Below, one piece after another: positions 9,680 through 19,933 of a stretch of 64,000 nucleotides of DNA; position 1 is the stretch's first letter, and every line of letters starts with the position of its first letter. The position numbers and the translations under genes are program-made. Where the stretch lies: positions 620,001 through 684,000 of the forward strand of contig OZ244226.1 of NCBI GenBank assembly GCA_965217035.1, read 5' to 3'. Under the pieces are notes generated by a model. It did no database searches and was not told the DNA's origin. It saw only the letters and a program-made list of their open reading frames with translations. This DNA is from Bacteriovoracaceae bacterium (GTDB lineage Bacteria > Bdellovibrionota > Bacteriovoracia > Bacteriovoracales > Bacteriovoracaceae).

Positions 9680-10579
9680 TTAATCGAGAAAACGCCGGCA
9701 ACGCTGCTGGAAACTTTTTTCTAGGTCTTGGTAAAGCTTTTCTGAAAGCACCGATCCAGGCTTTCTAAGACCACTCTGGATGTATTTCATCCGCTTTTGA
9801 TCATTCCGACAGGCAGCTCCCACGATGGTCTCATACTCATAAATCGCAGCGACCGGATAAGGCACAGAATGAGCTGAAGAGTAAAATTTCACAGGATCTT
9901 TTGTGACAGTAGACGCCATTTCTCGGCTTGAGCGCTTTTTGAGCTCATTTTTGAAGACCCTGAAATAAGGTCCTAGATGATAAAATCTCTCTACGGCCAT
10001 CTCTTTAGAGAAATGCTGGTGCTTGGTATCCCAAACATCATAACAACCAGAACGTTTTTTATCTAAGTGAACAAAAAGCTCGCTATTAACTTGGCATTCC
10101 ACAAGGTAAGCATCAGCTTCTCCCCCTCGCCCTTCTATTGTGCTTGCAATGAATTCTTTTAAAGTGAATTGAGTCACATAAGGATTAAATTCTTCTCGAA
10201 AAACAAAATGACTTAATTCATGAGCAAGATCGAGAACAGCGTCATAAGTATTCAGATGGCGATTGATATAAACAATGGAGACGGATTCGTGTACAACCTC
10301 AAGTGCGTTATTACGATCAAACTTTCTCAAGATTGTTGTGTCTGTTATTGAATGTGTTCCAACCTTTACAACATCCATTAAAGTTTTTCCCCAAAAGGCA
10401 GCTTTTTTTCTAGCCTTTTGTACGAGACTTTTGCCCGTATAAGACTTTTCAAGAATTTTTATAAGATGTTTTAAACTTTGTTCTTCAACCGTTGAATGTT
10501 TGATCCAAGGAGCATCAAGCTCATTTTTATCGAGAGCAAAAACTTGAAAACAAAAAAGAAAAAGAAGTGTGAATCTCAT
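9680..10579 (-). CDS. Secreted hypothetical protein with HExxH motif (possible zinc peptidase)
   Basis: Signal peptide; LAHELSH followed by GEADAY. Confidence 0.55.
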   Translation of the reverse strand: MRFTLLFLFCFQVFALDKNELDAPWIKHSTVEEQSLKHLIKILEKSYTGKSLVQKARKKAAFWGKTLMDVVKVGTHSITDTTILRKFDRNNALEVVHESVSIVYINRHLNTYDAVLDLAHELSHFVFREEFNPYVTQFTLKEFIASTIEGRGGEADAYLVECQVNSELFVHLDKKRSGCYDVWDTKHQHFSKEMAVERFYHLGPYFRVFKNELKKRSSREMASTVTKDPVKFYSSAHSVPYPVAAIYEYETIVGAACRNDQKRMKYIQSGLRKPGSVLSEKLYQDLEKSFQQRCRRFLD

Positions 10580-10609
10580 GCCCTTCTTATCGGGACGAGA
10601 TTCTTTTAA

Positions 10610-12358
10610 TTACAGTTGGTTACGCCGGTAGGAAAAAAATGACGGCTTCGATGCTGAGACGCTAATTTTGCCTAACTCAAAGTTATTAACAACTTCTCCC
10701 GCCTTCTTTACCTGAGCATTTAAGGTATATTTTCCGCTAGGTAAATAGAGGCTTGATGTATGAATTTCTCTTGGTAGAGTCGTCCAATGTCTAACATCCG
10801 CTTTTTCTAGATAAGAAATCGTAGCGGTTGCACCAATATAAGTCGCTAAGGCCATCGTCTTCGCGAAACCACCATTTTTTCCGTTTTTGTTGAGGGCCTT
10901 ATAAGTTCCATAAGCCGCTAAAACAGCAAGACCTTGCTTCACCAAAAACTTTCCACCGGTACTTAAGAGGTAACCACCCAATTGCTCTTTATTCGTTAAT
11001 CTTGCGATTTCTCCAATAGGTGCCGTCAGACTCATTGGAATAGTTTTATAAACCTTTGTTCCTTTTATCACTTTAATATCAACTTTTAGTTTTTGAGGTT
11101 CATTTTTAACTTTTGGAATTTTAAACTGTAATGCAGGTCCAGCAGTTGCAATATTTGTCATTCCACCAAGATTAAAAGAATCATAAACATCAAGCCCACG
11201 TCTTGTGACAAGAGCTCCTCTCGGCTTTAAACCAAGCACATCATAGGCAAAGGCTCTCACTGCAATATTAGAAGCGACCGCGACGAGTTTTGTTGAAGTT
11301 GAATAATTAGGGTTAAAAGCTGCTTGGAGATTAAGGTCAATCGGCTTCTCTTCTTTCAAGGGAACGAGACCAAGTTCAAGGGCAATCGTGACATTATCTT
11401 TGTTATTTTGCTTAAGTCTTTTAAGAATTCTTGAAGGAATCTTCTTTCTTCTTTTCAAATTATTAAAAGTTGAACGCCTTAACTTTTTAAGTATCTTAAA
11501 ATATTTGTAATCAATAAAATCTTTAAGGCGATTAGAAACTTCTAAAAGACTTTTATCTTTTTTTCCATACTTAAGACTCTCCCCCCCTTTAAAGTTTTTC
11601 TGAACCCACTTAAAAAACTTATTTCCATACTTGTCAGCATCAAGGTTGAAATCTCTATATAAAGGAGAAACGAGAGGAAACATCTCTCTAGCGTCTTCAT
11701 ACATTTTTAGGGCAATTTGATCTTCAGCTCTTTGTCCTATGGCCTCATGAATTGTACCAGCAAAAACTTTGGCAAAGATATCGTTAAAATAAAGTGTTTT
11801 AAATTTTTTAGTTTGCTGGATATTTCTAAAAAAAGAATCCCAAGCAACCATTTCGGCTCTTGCTGAAAAAAGATATTGATTTTTTTGCGAATTTGAAACT
11901 TCTTTTATATCTCCAGAGTCATACTGTTTGTATTTTCCTTCCTGATAAAGATGGAAATAAGCTTTCGCTAAATAATAGTGAACGTAAGAACGTTCAAAGT
12001 CTTCTCCTCTATAATCATCAGCATATTCATTCGTAATAATTGATTTTGCTTTTTTAGAAAGAGAGATTGTATAAAGTTCCTTACTAAGACTTTTAGCTGC
12101 TTGAAAAGTTCCAATGGCCTTTAAGTAATCACCGTATTGGTAATATCCCATTGCAAGATCCATCAAATACATGAGCTTCGTTTCTTTATTTTTGGCAAGG
12201 GAACTCCCCTGAAGAAGTTCAATGGCTTCTTTATACTGGCCTCTTTTAAAGAAAATACGATAGTTGATATGGGACTCTTTATCGATTCCTGCACAACTAA
12301 AAAAGAAAAGAAAAAAAAGCCCTCCGAAAAGAGGGCCTTTGATTTTATTCATTACCAA
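10610..12358 (-). CDS. COG3014-like TPR lipoprotein
   Basis: Lipobox FFSC, TPR-like helices, YRGEDFE and EKADVRHWTTLP motifs. Confidence 0.75.
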   Translation of the reverse strand: MVMNKIKGPLFGGLFFLFFFSCAGIDKESHINYRIFFKRGQYKEAIELLQGSSLAKNKETKLMYLMDLAMGYYQYGDYLKAIGTFQAAKSLSKELYTISLSKKAKSIITNEYADDYRGEDFERSYVHYYLAKAYFHLYQEGKYKQYDSGDIKEVSNSQKNQYLFSARAEMVAWDSFFRNIQQTKKFKTLYFNDIFAKVFAGTIHEAIGQRAEDQIALKMYEDAREMFPLVSPLYRDFNLDADKYGNKFFKWVQKNFKGGESLKYGKKDKSLLEVSNRLKDFIDYKYFKILKKLRRSTFNNLKRRKKIPSRILKRLKQNNKDNVTIALELGLVPLKEEKPIDLNLQAAFNPNYSTSTKLVAVASNIAVRAFAYDVLGLKPRGALVTRRGLDVYDSFNLGGMTNIATAGPALQFKIPKVKNEPQKLKVDIKVIKGTKVYKTIPMSLTAPIGEIARLTNKEQLGGYLLSTGGKFLVKQGLAVLAAYGTYKALNKNGKNGGFAKTMALATYIGATATISYLEKADVRHWTTLPREIHTSSLYLPSGKYTLNAQVKKAGEVVNNFELGKISVSASKPSFFSYRRNQL

Positions 12359-12954
12359 CCGAATTTTTTACTATTGGAATATTTATGAATTTTTGCTCTT
12401 GTTCTTAAAACCTCTGTTGCTGTTTCAAGATTAGTCATCCGAATATTGACGGAGTATTGCTTAATTGTTTTACCCTTACGACTTTCTGGTTTCATATGAA
12501 CATTTCCGAAAATCAAGAGATCAGCGCCCGTTTGTTTTCCAATTTTCTTTGCTGTCTTTGGATCAACGGCTCCACCGTTTTGATAGTTGATTTCTTCAAG
12601 AATTCTTTTTCGAGCTCTCTCATCAACAAGAACAAAATCTCCTGTTAAAGAAAGTTCAGTTAAAAGCTCTTCATTAAAGTCTGTGATTGGAAAATACGAC
12701 TCTGAAGTGAGGTTTTGAATCTCAGCAATAAAAATTGCCGGACGTTTTTTAGATCGAAGAACATCTTTATAACCTCGGTGACCTTTCATCTGCTTGATGA
12801 TTTCACCAACGGTTTTTTCCGTATCTTTTAAAACCCAATTGTCTGTGATGTCCAAAGCCTTTTGGTCTGACGTTTCAGCATCCACTCTTTCTGCTTGAAA
12901 ACGAGAGCATCCGATACCTGTTAAAACAAATACGAGCAATAATACCTTAGTCAT
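12352..12954 (-). CDS. LpoB/CsgG-like lipoprotein (penicillin-binding protein activator family)
   Basis: Lipobox GIGC; VDPKTAKKIGKQTGADLLIFG motif. Confidence 0.8.
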   Translation of the reverse strand: MTKVLLLVFVLTGIGCSRFQAERVDAETSDQKALDITDNWVLKDTEKTVGEIIKQMKGHRGYKDVLRSKKRPAIFIAEIQNLTSESYFPITDFNEELLTELSLTGDFVLVDERARKRILEEINYQNGGAVDPKTAKKIGKQTGADLLIFGNVHMKPESRKGKTIKQYSVNIRMTNLETATEVLRTRAKIHKYSNSKKFGW

Positions 12955-13010
12955 TGGCTCCTCCTTTGCGGCGCATTATTAAGATTGTATGAACTTGATA
13001 ATTCTCCAGT

Positions 13011-13037
13011 TCACTCTCGTCAAAGTCAATCCGATAG
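13011..13037 (+). promoter_or_regulatory. Putative sigma28 (FliA)-like promoter
   Basis: TCAC-N15-TCCGATAG upstream of the response regulator. Confidence 0.4.
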
Positions 13038-13071
13038 CTGTAATATTGTTGTTAATTAAGGAATTGAAACC

Positions 13072-13764
13072 ATGCCTAAAGTAATGATTATTGAAGATGA
13101 GCGAGATATTGGTGACCTCATCAAAACCCAACTAGACTCGGCAGGCCTCGAAACAGAAGTTGCCCGAAGCGGTGGAGAAGGTCGCGACATTATTGAATCT
13201 GGAAAGAATTTTGATCTTTATATTATTGATTGGATGCTTCCAGAAGTCTCTGGGATCCAGCTTTGCCAGCTTATTCGTAGTAAAGAGGCTACCAAAGTCA
13301 CTCCAGTTATTATGGTCACTGCCCTCACTCAATCCGATAATATTATTCAAGGACTCGAAGCAGGGGCAGATGATTATATCACCAAGCCTTTTGATATGGA
13401 TGTTCTTATTGCTAGAGTAAGAGCTCAGCTTCGAAGAAATAATGTTGCTTCGACGACTGGCCCTGAAGAGATTGAATGGGACGGATTCAAAATCAATTAT
13501 AAAAAATGCCAGGTTACAATCAATGACGAACCTGTGAACCTCACTCATACGGAATATCAGATTTTAACGACTCTCTCTAAAGATCCAGGTTGTGTTTTCA
13601 CTCGCGAGCAGCTCATTAGTCAAATTTTGGGTGATAATGTCCATGTGACGAATAGGACGATTGATACCCATATGGCGGGACTCCGGAAAAAACTAAAGGA
13701 TGCCTCAAAACTCATTGAAACTATACGTGGAATAGGATATCGCTTCTTTGATATTAATTCTTAA
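13072..13764 (+). CDS. OmpR/PhoB-family response regulator
   Basis: IIEDE, DWMLP, GADDYITKPF; winged-helix RTIDTH..LRKKL..IETIRGIGY. Confidence 0.95.
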   Translation: MPKVMIIEDERDIGDLIKTQLDSAGLETEVARSGGEGRDIIESGKNFDLYIIDWMLPEVSGIQLCQLIRSKEATKVTPVIMVTALTQSDNIIQGLEAGADDYITKPFDMDVLIARVRAQLRRNNVASTTGPEEIEWDGFKINYKKCQVTINDEPVNLTHTEYQILTTLSKDPGCVFTREQLISQILGDNVHVTNRTIDTHMAGLRKKLKDASKLIETIRGIGYRFFDINS

Positions 13765-13813
13765 CTAGTTCCGGACAGTGCAGCAAAAGATTAAACGCTC
13801 TCCTAATTTGACG

Positions 13814-15577
13814 ATGTTTTCGTGGACCTTTTTTCTAAGGATTGCACAGTTTCATGCCATCATTGTTTTCATCAGTATTATTGGAGCTTTTCTTGTTCAA
13901 AGACATTATTTCAAACAAACATTAAATACTGTTTTTACCAATCACCTGATGGAGGAAATTTTAACTGAACTCAAGATTCACCAAAGTTCTCCTTATGAGC
14001 TTTGTCGAAAAACGAAAGCTTCTGAGAAGTTTTGGGTTCTTCTCGATATAAAAAAAGAAGTTCTCTGTAAATCTCCCGGTTTGAACCTTTCAGACATTAA
14101 TCTTTCTGAAGTTGATATGAAGAAGGTTTATCAATTTAAAGAATTAAGCCTGAGTCATTCCGGAATTTCAGGAAATTACTTTCTTGCGATGAAAAGATTA
14201 AGCGATAATAAGATTCTCATTCGAGGACAACAAGCCGAAATACTTTCTCTTTCTTTGTTCAAAATAGATAAAGATTTTTGGGGAATTTTTATTCCTCTCA
14301 TTGTTGTTCTTTATATACTTTTGCTTTTAGCAAGTATGCAATTCTCAAAACCGATACGTTCGGTAGTCAATCGAGTTTTAAAGATTAATAAGAAACTCCC
14401 TCCTTCTAATAAAGATCTCCGAGTTTTCTTGGATGGAAGACAATGGCGAGACATCGAAAAAACTCTCAAGCTCACAGAAAAAAGTCTTGAAAAACAATAC
14501 CAGTCGCTCGAGCAAGAAAGTAAAAAAAATAAAATTCTCCTTGAATCTATCACCGATGGAATCTGTGCATTTTCAGAAGATGAGTCAGTTCTTTTCTTAA
14601 ACTCTCGATTCACTCGTAAATTCCTGCTACATCATGATGGAAGCGATAAGCTTACTCTGGAGTCTGTCTTTGGTAATGAAGAGGAAATTTTAAATGCCTA
14701 TCGAGAATGCTTAAAAACAGGAGAAAACCTAAAAGTTAAAGAATTTAAATACCTTCATAAAAATCGTCTTCTTTATTTTGATATTATTATCAATCCAATT
14801 ATTGATGAAATTGCAAATGAAGCTTACGGAGCTGTTGGAGTTTTCCATAATGTAACGGAAGCAAAACTAACTGAGCAAATGCGTGTCGATTTTGTTGCCA
14901 ATGTCTCTCACGAAATTCGTACTCCACTGACGGCAATCAAAGGGTTTTCCCAAGTTCTTCAAAACGAAACGAAAGAAGATGAAAAACTTGAAGAATACGC
15001 AGGAAGAATCGTGACTAATACAGAAAGACTTCACACTCTTTTTTCTGATCTTCTTAAGCTTTCTTTAATTGAGTCCAAACATAAGTTGAAGAAAATAGAA
15101 ACTAAATTGAAACCAATGCTTGATTCAGCTAAGGCAACTCTTCTTCAAAACTATAAGCATAAACTTGTTACTATCAATTATGATCTGCCAGTAGAAACCG
15201 TAAGAGTTGATCCAGCGCTTTTTGAACAAGCACTCACAAACTTACTTGATAATGCCTGCAAGTATGCAGGAGAAGAGCCCAATATTAATGTCATCAGTAT
15301 GGAGGCTAATGACAACGTCCTTATTAAAGTTCAAGATAATGGTCCAGGAATCTCAGATGAACACGTCAAGAGAATCTTTGAGCGATTTTACCGAGTTCAA
15401 TCTAATGACAATGACCCCCAGTTTTCCAGTGGAGTTGGCCTTGGCCTCTCAATTGTAAAGCATGTCATAAACAAGCATAAAGGTAAGGTTTGGGCCGAGA
15501 ATCAAGAATCTGGGGGTACGGCCTTCATTATCGAAATTCCTCAATTTGTTGTTCAAGACACCGTTGATTTTACCTAA
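13814..15577 (+). CDS. PhoR-like sensor histidine kinase (start 13778 or 13814)
   Basis: Two TM segments, PAS-like region, DFVANVSHEIRTPL H-box, NLLDNACKY, DNGPGI and GLGLSIVKH. Confidence 0.92.
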   Translation: MFSWTFFLRIAQFHAIIVFISIIGAFLVQRHYFKQTLNTVFTNHLMEEILTELKIHQSSPYELCRKTKASEKFWVLLDIKKEVLCKSPGLNLSDINLSEVDMKKVYQFKELSLSHSGISGNYFLAMKRLSDNKILIRGQQAEILSLSLFKIDKDFWGIFIPLIVVLYILLLLASMQFSKPIRSVVNRVLKINKKLPPSNKDLRVFLDGRQWRDIEKTLKLTEKSLEKQYQSLEQESKKNKILLESITDGICAFSEDESVLFLNSRFTRKFLLHHDGSDKLTLESVFGNEEEILNAYRECLKTGENLKVKEFKYLHKNRLLYFDIIINPIIDEIANEAYGAVGVFHNVTEAKLTEQMRVDFVANVSHEIRTPLTAIKGFSQVLQNETKEDEKLEEYAGRIVTNTERLHTLFSDLLKLSLIESKHKLKKIETKLKPMLDSAKATLLQNYKHKLVTINYDLPVETVRVDPALFEQALTNLLDNACKYAGEEPNINVISMEANDNVLIKVQDNGPGISDEHVKRIFERFYRVQSNDNDPQFSSGVGLGLSIVKHVINKHKGKVWAENQESGGTAFIIEIPQFVVQDTVDFT

Positions 15578-15635
15578 TTTCCACGATCATCAGGAGCTAT
15601 GTTAGACTTATAAGCAACGCTATCAGGAGTCACCT

Positions 15636-16367
15636 ATCAAAGCTTTATTTATCATATGCCTATTCTCTTCATCTCTTCTTGCCTCTGGAAGTATTTTTAA
15701 TAGTCATAAGAATTTAGATATCGATAAAAAAGAAAAGAGAAAAAATCTTGAGCTCATAACAGGAAAGATCGATGATATTCGTGTCTACTCAGTCTCAGTC
15801 AAAACTAAGTACGATACAACTGTTAGTAAACTCACTCAATCAATCCTCAACTTTGAAAGCCGTTGTAATAATGAATACAAGGATCTTCGAGAACATACGA
15901 ATAAAAAGCAAGACTGTCCTTATCATAATCCCAATATGGTTGAAACTCTGATCCACAAAGTGACAAAAAAAGTCCCTCATGACAAAGCAATGGTAGTCAC
16001 ACGTTACGTAAATAATCGTGGTCGTCATATTATCAACGAACTTGTTACTGTCGATAAAAAGAAAATTGGCGAGAGAGAGATGGTTACAATTCACATCAAG
16101 TCGATAAACGATAAAGAAGCAAAAGATTTAACTGGAAAAGATCTGATCGGAAAGGTTTCCCTTAAAAGAACTTGGGCCAAATTTACACTCTATCCTACAG
16201 ATAGCGGTAATGTTGATTTTAAATACACATATGAAATGGAAACAGACCATTGGTTGATTAATAAAATCGTCGCCGCATCAAGTGTTTTTGATAATATGGA
16301 AGAAAGTCTTTCTTCTTTCGTTAAAACTCTTTCAGCTATGACAAAAGAAGCTCCTAAAGGCTTGTAA
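15636..16367 (+). CDS. Secreted START/SRPBCC-like protein; probable non-canonical ATC start 100 codons upstream of the tracked ATG
   Basis: Frame is open from 15606. AGGAG SD lies 6 nt before ATC at 15636, giving (M)KALFIICLFSSSLLA-S as a signal peptide. C-terminal WAKFTLYP..VDFKYTYEM..HW resembles START domains. Confidence 0.65.
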   Translation: MKALFIICLFSSSLLASGSIFNSHKNLDIDKKEKRKNLELITGKIDDIRVYSVSVKTKYDTTVSKLTQSILNFESRCNNEYKDLREHTNKKQDCPYHNPNMVETLIHKVTKKVPHDKAMVVTRYVNNRGRHIINELVTVDKKKIGEREMVTIHIKSINDKEAKDLTGKDLIGKVSLKRTWAKFTLYPTDSGNVDFKYTYEMETDHWLINKIVAASSVFDNMEESLSSFVKTLSAMTKEAPKGL

Positions 16368-16417
16368 TTTTTACTCGAATTTCTCTTTTCACCTAAGATC
16401 TATGCTAGATTTCCTGG

Positions 16418-17080
16418 ATGTTAAAAAGGTCTTTATTTCTCACTCTTCTTTTGTCTTCCTCATTATGTGTGGCGAAGACTCTCCGTTCAAAGATTCCTAT
16501 TAATGCTGTTATCGATATTAATGATATTATTTTTACAGGAGATATCTCCTATGACCTCACTCTCAATGTGAGAAAACAAGGAAATACCTATGAATCAATT
16601 GAAATAGATTTTGAGCAAAATCTTGAAAAAACGTCAAAAAGATATATACGAAAGCTTAAAGGTTTTTTTCAAGAATATCTAAGCTATAACCAGCTTCACT
16701 CAGAAGAAGGAATGAATTCAAAACAAGAAATTAAGAATGTCGAGGCAGACGGTTTTGGGAAAAAGTTCTTAAGACTTGCAGTCGGGAAAAAAGCAATTGA
16801 GATAAAACCCTTAGAAGCTGATTTCTCACAATCAAAAACTTTAAACTTAGTTTTTCACAATATAAGAAATAAGTTCGGAAAGCGCGTAAAAAAAGCAGAG
16901 GCTAACTTAATACTTAAAGAGAAGCAAAATAGTTTTGATATCTTCTACCAAAACCCTTTAAAGAAAAATTCCCAACCAATACTAGTAAAGGATATTCAAT
17001 TAAAGATTGTCATTACGGCACTTTATAAAGCGAAAGTTTCTTTAAGTGCTAATAATGAAAGTATCGAAATTTTGAAGTAA
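16418..17080 (+). CDS. Secreted hypothetical protein
   Basis: 220-aa ORF with a signal peptide. Confidence 0.7.
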   Translation: MLKRSLFLTLLLSSSLCVAKTLRSKIPINAVIDINDIIFTGDISYDLTLNVRKQGNTYESIEIDFEQNLEKTSKRYIRKLKGFFQEYLSYNQLHSEEGMNSKQEIKNVEADGFGKKFLRLAVGKKAIEIKPLEADFSQSKTLNLVFHNIRNKFGKRVKKAEANLILKEKQNSFDIFYQNPLKKNSQPILVKDIQLKIVITALYKAKVSLSANNESIEILK

Positions 17081-17177
17081 AATTGAATGTTTTTTTGACA
17101 GTTTTTATAATTATTACTCATTTTTACTTATAGATCTAAGTCCTTGATATTCTATCTCTATACCATTGGAGAAGTTT

Positions 17178-19721
17178 ATGAAGTATATAGGAGTTATCCT
17201 AGTTTCTATTTTTCTATTTTCTTGCTCAAAGTCTAAGGATGAGAAAACACCCCAAATATTAGATACGAGTTTCTTAGAACTTGGAAAACCAGGTGAATCA
17301 AGCGTTTCTTCGACTTTCAAACCGAGCTCCTCTCTTCATATCCTAAAAACTGATCAGAATATCAGTATTGATGATGATAAGAATGGCATCATCTCGATTA
17401 CAAACTTTTCTTTCAATTCTCTCAATGTTGATGACGTCATTGTAGGAAACGAGAAAGATCGTTACCTTTTTAAAGTTACTTCCTTAGAAAATAATCAGAT
17501 AAGAGTAAAGCTAGGGAACCTCGGCGATCTGTCCAACTCAGAGAAGAATAAAGTTCAATTCAAGATTACTCCTCTAATTGACTATAAATTGGAAAATGAA
17601 AGAGTAAATCTTAATAATGAATACAATATTCAACAGATGTCTCAGTCAAAAGCTCAAAAGACTGAGAATAGAGTAAAACTAGAGAATATTATACTTTTTG
17701 AAAGTCCTAATATTTCAGTGAGAGCAAATAACATAAGCCAGAGAAAAACAAAGCTAAACTTCTCTCATGGAGGAAAAATTAAAGTCACGCTTGATGAAGG
17801 GGAGCTTCAAATTATTCCTACGTTTAAAGGAGATATTGATTATAATTGGTTTAAAGTCAATAAAGTCGAAAGCTCTATTGATACTCTTATTAAATATAAG
17901 TTTAAAATTACGGTTGAAAATGAAAGTCAAACTTCTGGAACAGTTCTCTTTCCAATCTTTAAAGACTTGAAATTTCCAGTACGAGCAATGCTTGGTCCAG
18001 TTCCCATCTGGATTGATGTCGTTATTCAATTTAATGCGGGAGTTAAGTTAGGAATCGAAAACGGAAACAAAACAACTTTTGAAGTTCAAAGTGAGTATGC
18101 TCTTAAAGGATCAACTTATTATACTCCTAAAACTGGAGCGACATTTGATACAAATAAAGACTACTTAGTTCGAGCGAGACATTTAGAGGTTAAGCAAGAA
18201 AACTCAACAGTCAGTACTGAGTTTTTCTTAGAACCGAAGATACAAACTTTAATTTATAAAGTCCTAGGTCCCTATGCTGCTGTTAGAGCTGGGATTGAGG
18301 GTCGATTTCAAACTCCTCTTCAGCCAGGAGAAGACGACCTCTTTATCAATCTTTCTGGAAGAGTTGGGCTTTCTGTCGTTGAACCGCTCTTCGACTCAAC
18401 TCTACTTGATATAAAAAGTCCTAATTTGTTTGAACTGAGTAAAGGCTGGGATATTATTGGTCCAAAAGGAGAGAAACAGACATTACCAGGAATTCCTGGA
18501 GAAACTCAAAGAATAGAAGCTGATAAACTTGAAAACAATCGATTAGCAATTGATCTCCGTCCAGAAATAATCGATCCCCTTACTAAAATTGTCATTCAAG
18601 ACCAACCGAACTTTGGTCGACTGGTAAAACATTCTGAATTTGAAATAAATGGGATTGTTTATTACTACCCTCCTCACCCAATGGTAGAAGGTGATGATAG
18701 CTTTAGTATTCAATATGTAAATAAAGGACAAACAAGTGCTCCTCAAAAGATAGAACTTGAACTGGGTGAAAATGCCAGAAAACAACTTAATGATAAACCA
18801 ATATCTCTTTCTGGATCTTTAAATGCTCTCTCTGAAGTTAATGAAACAGAACAATCAATTCAGAAAACAAATTTTTTAAGCTTAAAAAACTCGAATATAA
18901 CTTTAAGTCAAAGCCAAATAGTCTTCAATAACAATTTTATTCCTTTAGAAATGATTGAGAATAAATTGTATCAAACAGCACTGAAAAGAAGTTTATTGGA
19001 AGACATAGAGTTTTCAAAGCTTAGTATTTATCAATGCTCTAACAGTAAAACCTTACCTATTCTCGAGGGAATCATTGAAAGTAAAAAATTAATTATTACT
19101 AGACCTGATCAGTTAAGAGAGCATCTTTTAGGTGTCACTAATTGTTTTGATTACAAAAAACTTGAAAAAATCCCTTTCAGTTTTGAAGACTATCAAGTTG
19201 ATGTACTTACACGTTTTAATGGCGACCACTATGAATATTTACTTTATATCAGCTCCTTAGGTCAACTCGAATCAAATATAGAACTTGATGGCTTTATCGA
19301 ATACCACTTAGAACTAAATAATCTCAGTCAATTATTAGGATTTGAACATGAAGGATTCTGGTCAAATGCAGACATTAAGAAAAATATTTCTTATTCCGTG
19401 AATTATATTTCTTCTCTATTTAGAACTGCAAGCTTAAGACAGTATGCAATGGACTCTTTAAGAAGAGTTTTAAAACTAGAAACAAAATCAAATAGAATCA
19501 GCGAAGAAAGTCTAGAGAAGTTGTCAAAGATGTATGAAATAGCATTAAGAAAGAATATTGATTTTATTAGCTGGTATGAAAATCTAGAAGAAGAAAAGAT
19601 GGGATTTTCTTTTTCCAAAAAAGATGAAAAAAAAGAAAAATCGATTGCTAACACTAAAGTTCAAGAACTATCAAAAAACGAAGAAAAGAAAATATTCAGA
19701 AAAAAAGTTTTCTCTAATTGA
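17178..19721 (+). CDS. Large lipoprotein, beta-rich with an Ig/cadherin-like segment
   Basis: GGAG SD before ATG 17178; lipobox LFSC; QPNFGRL..YYPP..GDDSFS resembles Big_9-type Ig repeats. Confidence 0.7.
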   Translation: MKYIGVILVSIFLFSCSKSKDEKTPQILDTSFLELGKPGESSVSSTFKPSSSLHILKTDQNISIDDDKNGIISITNFSFNSLNVDDVIVGNEKDRYLFKVTSLENNQIRVKLGNLGDLSNSEKNKVQFKITPLIDYKLENERVNLNNEYNIQQMSQSKAQKTENRVKLENIILFESPNISVRANNISQRKTKLNFSHGGKIKVTLDEGELQIIPTFKGDIDYNWFKVNKVESSIDTLIKYKFKITVENESQTSGTVLFPIFKDLKFPVRAMLGPVPIWIDVVIQFNAGVKLGIENGNKTTFEVQSEYALKGSTYYTPKTGATFDTNKDYLVRARHLEVKQENSTVSTEFFLEPKIQTLIYKVLGPYAAVRAGIEGRFQTPLQPGEDDLFINLSGRVGLSVVEPLFDSTLLDIKSPNLFELSKGWDIIGPKGEKQTLPGIPGETQRIEADKLENNRLAIDLRPEIIDPLTKIVIQDQPNFGRLVKHSEFEINGIVYYYPPHPMVEGDDSFSIQYVNKGQTSAPQKIELELGENARKQLNDKPISLSGSLNALSEVNETEQSIQKTNFLSLKNSNITLSQSQIVFNNNFIPLEMIENKLYQTALKRSLLEDIEFSKLSIYQCSNSKTLPILEGIIESKKLIITRPDQLREHLLGVTNCFDYKKLEKIPFSFEDYQVDVLTRFNGDHYEYLLYISSLGQLESNIELDGFIEYHLELNNLSQLLGFEHEGFWSNADIKKNISYSVNYISSLFRTASLRQYAMDSLRRVLKLETKSNRISEESLEKLSKMYEIALRKNIDFISWYENLEEEKMGFSFSKKDEKKEKSIANTKVQELSKNEEKKIFRKKVFSN

Positions 19722-19822
19722 TAAAGCTTTTCAATCATCTGATTATTCAATTTTTTTAGATTGGATGAAAGAGATATATTCTATTCAAAGTTTTACCGAA
19801 TATTTAAAAGAAAATAATTAAC

Positions 19823-19854
19823 AAGCTTAAAACGACATTCGTAGTTTTAAGCTT
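19823..19854. terminator. 11-bp hairpin between convergent units (probable terminator)
   Basis: AAGCTTAAAAC-N10-GTTTTAAGCTT. Confidence 0.6.
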
Positions 19855-19933
19855 ATTAAAATTTGAGATTGATTTGAGAGAGAAGGCCATCCATGGCCAC
19901 TCAACGATCCTTCCTTAGAATTACAAACTCTCT
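19823..19933 (-). ncRNA. Candidate GGA-motif small RNA
   Basis: Extended -10 TGnTATGAT at 19947..19939; AAGGAAGGAU and GGCC-AUGGAU-GGCC hairpin; ends at the 19823..19854 hairpin. Confidence 0.3.

Noticed and set aside
19624..19821. 65-aa ORF overlapping the lipoprotein 3' end (possible frameshift)
   Set aside because: A-rich low-complexity sequence; no homology evidence available to support a frameshift.
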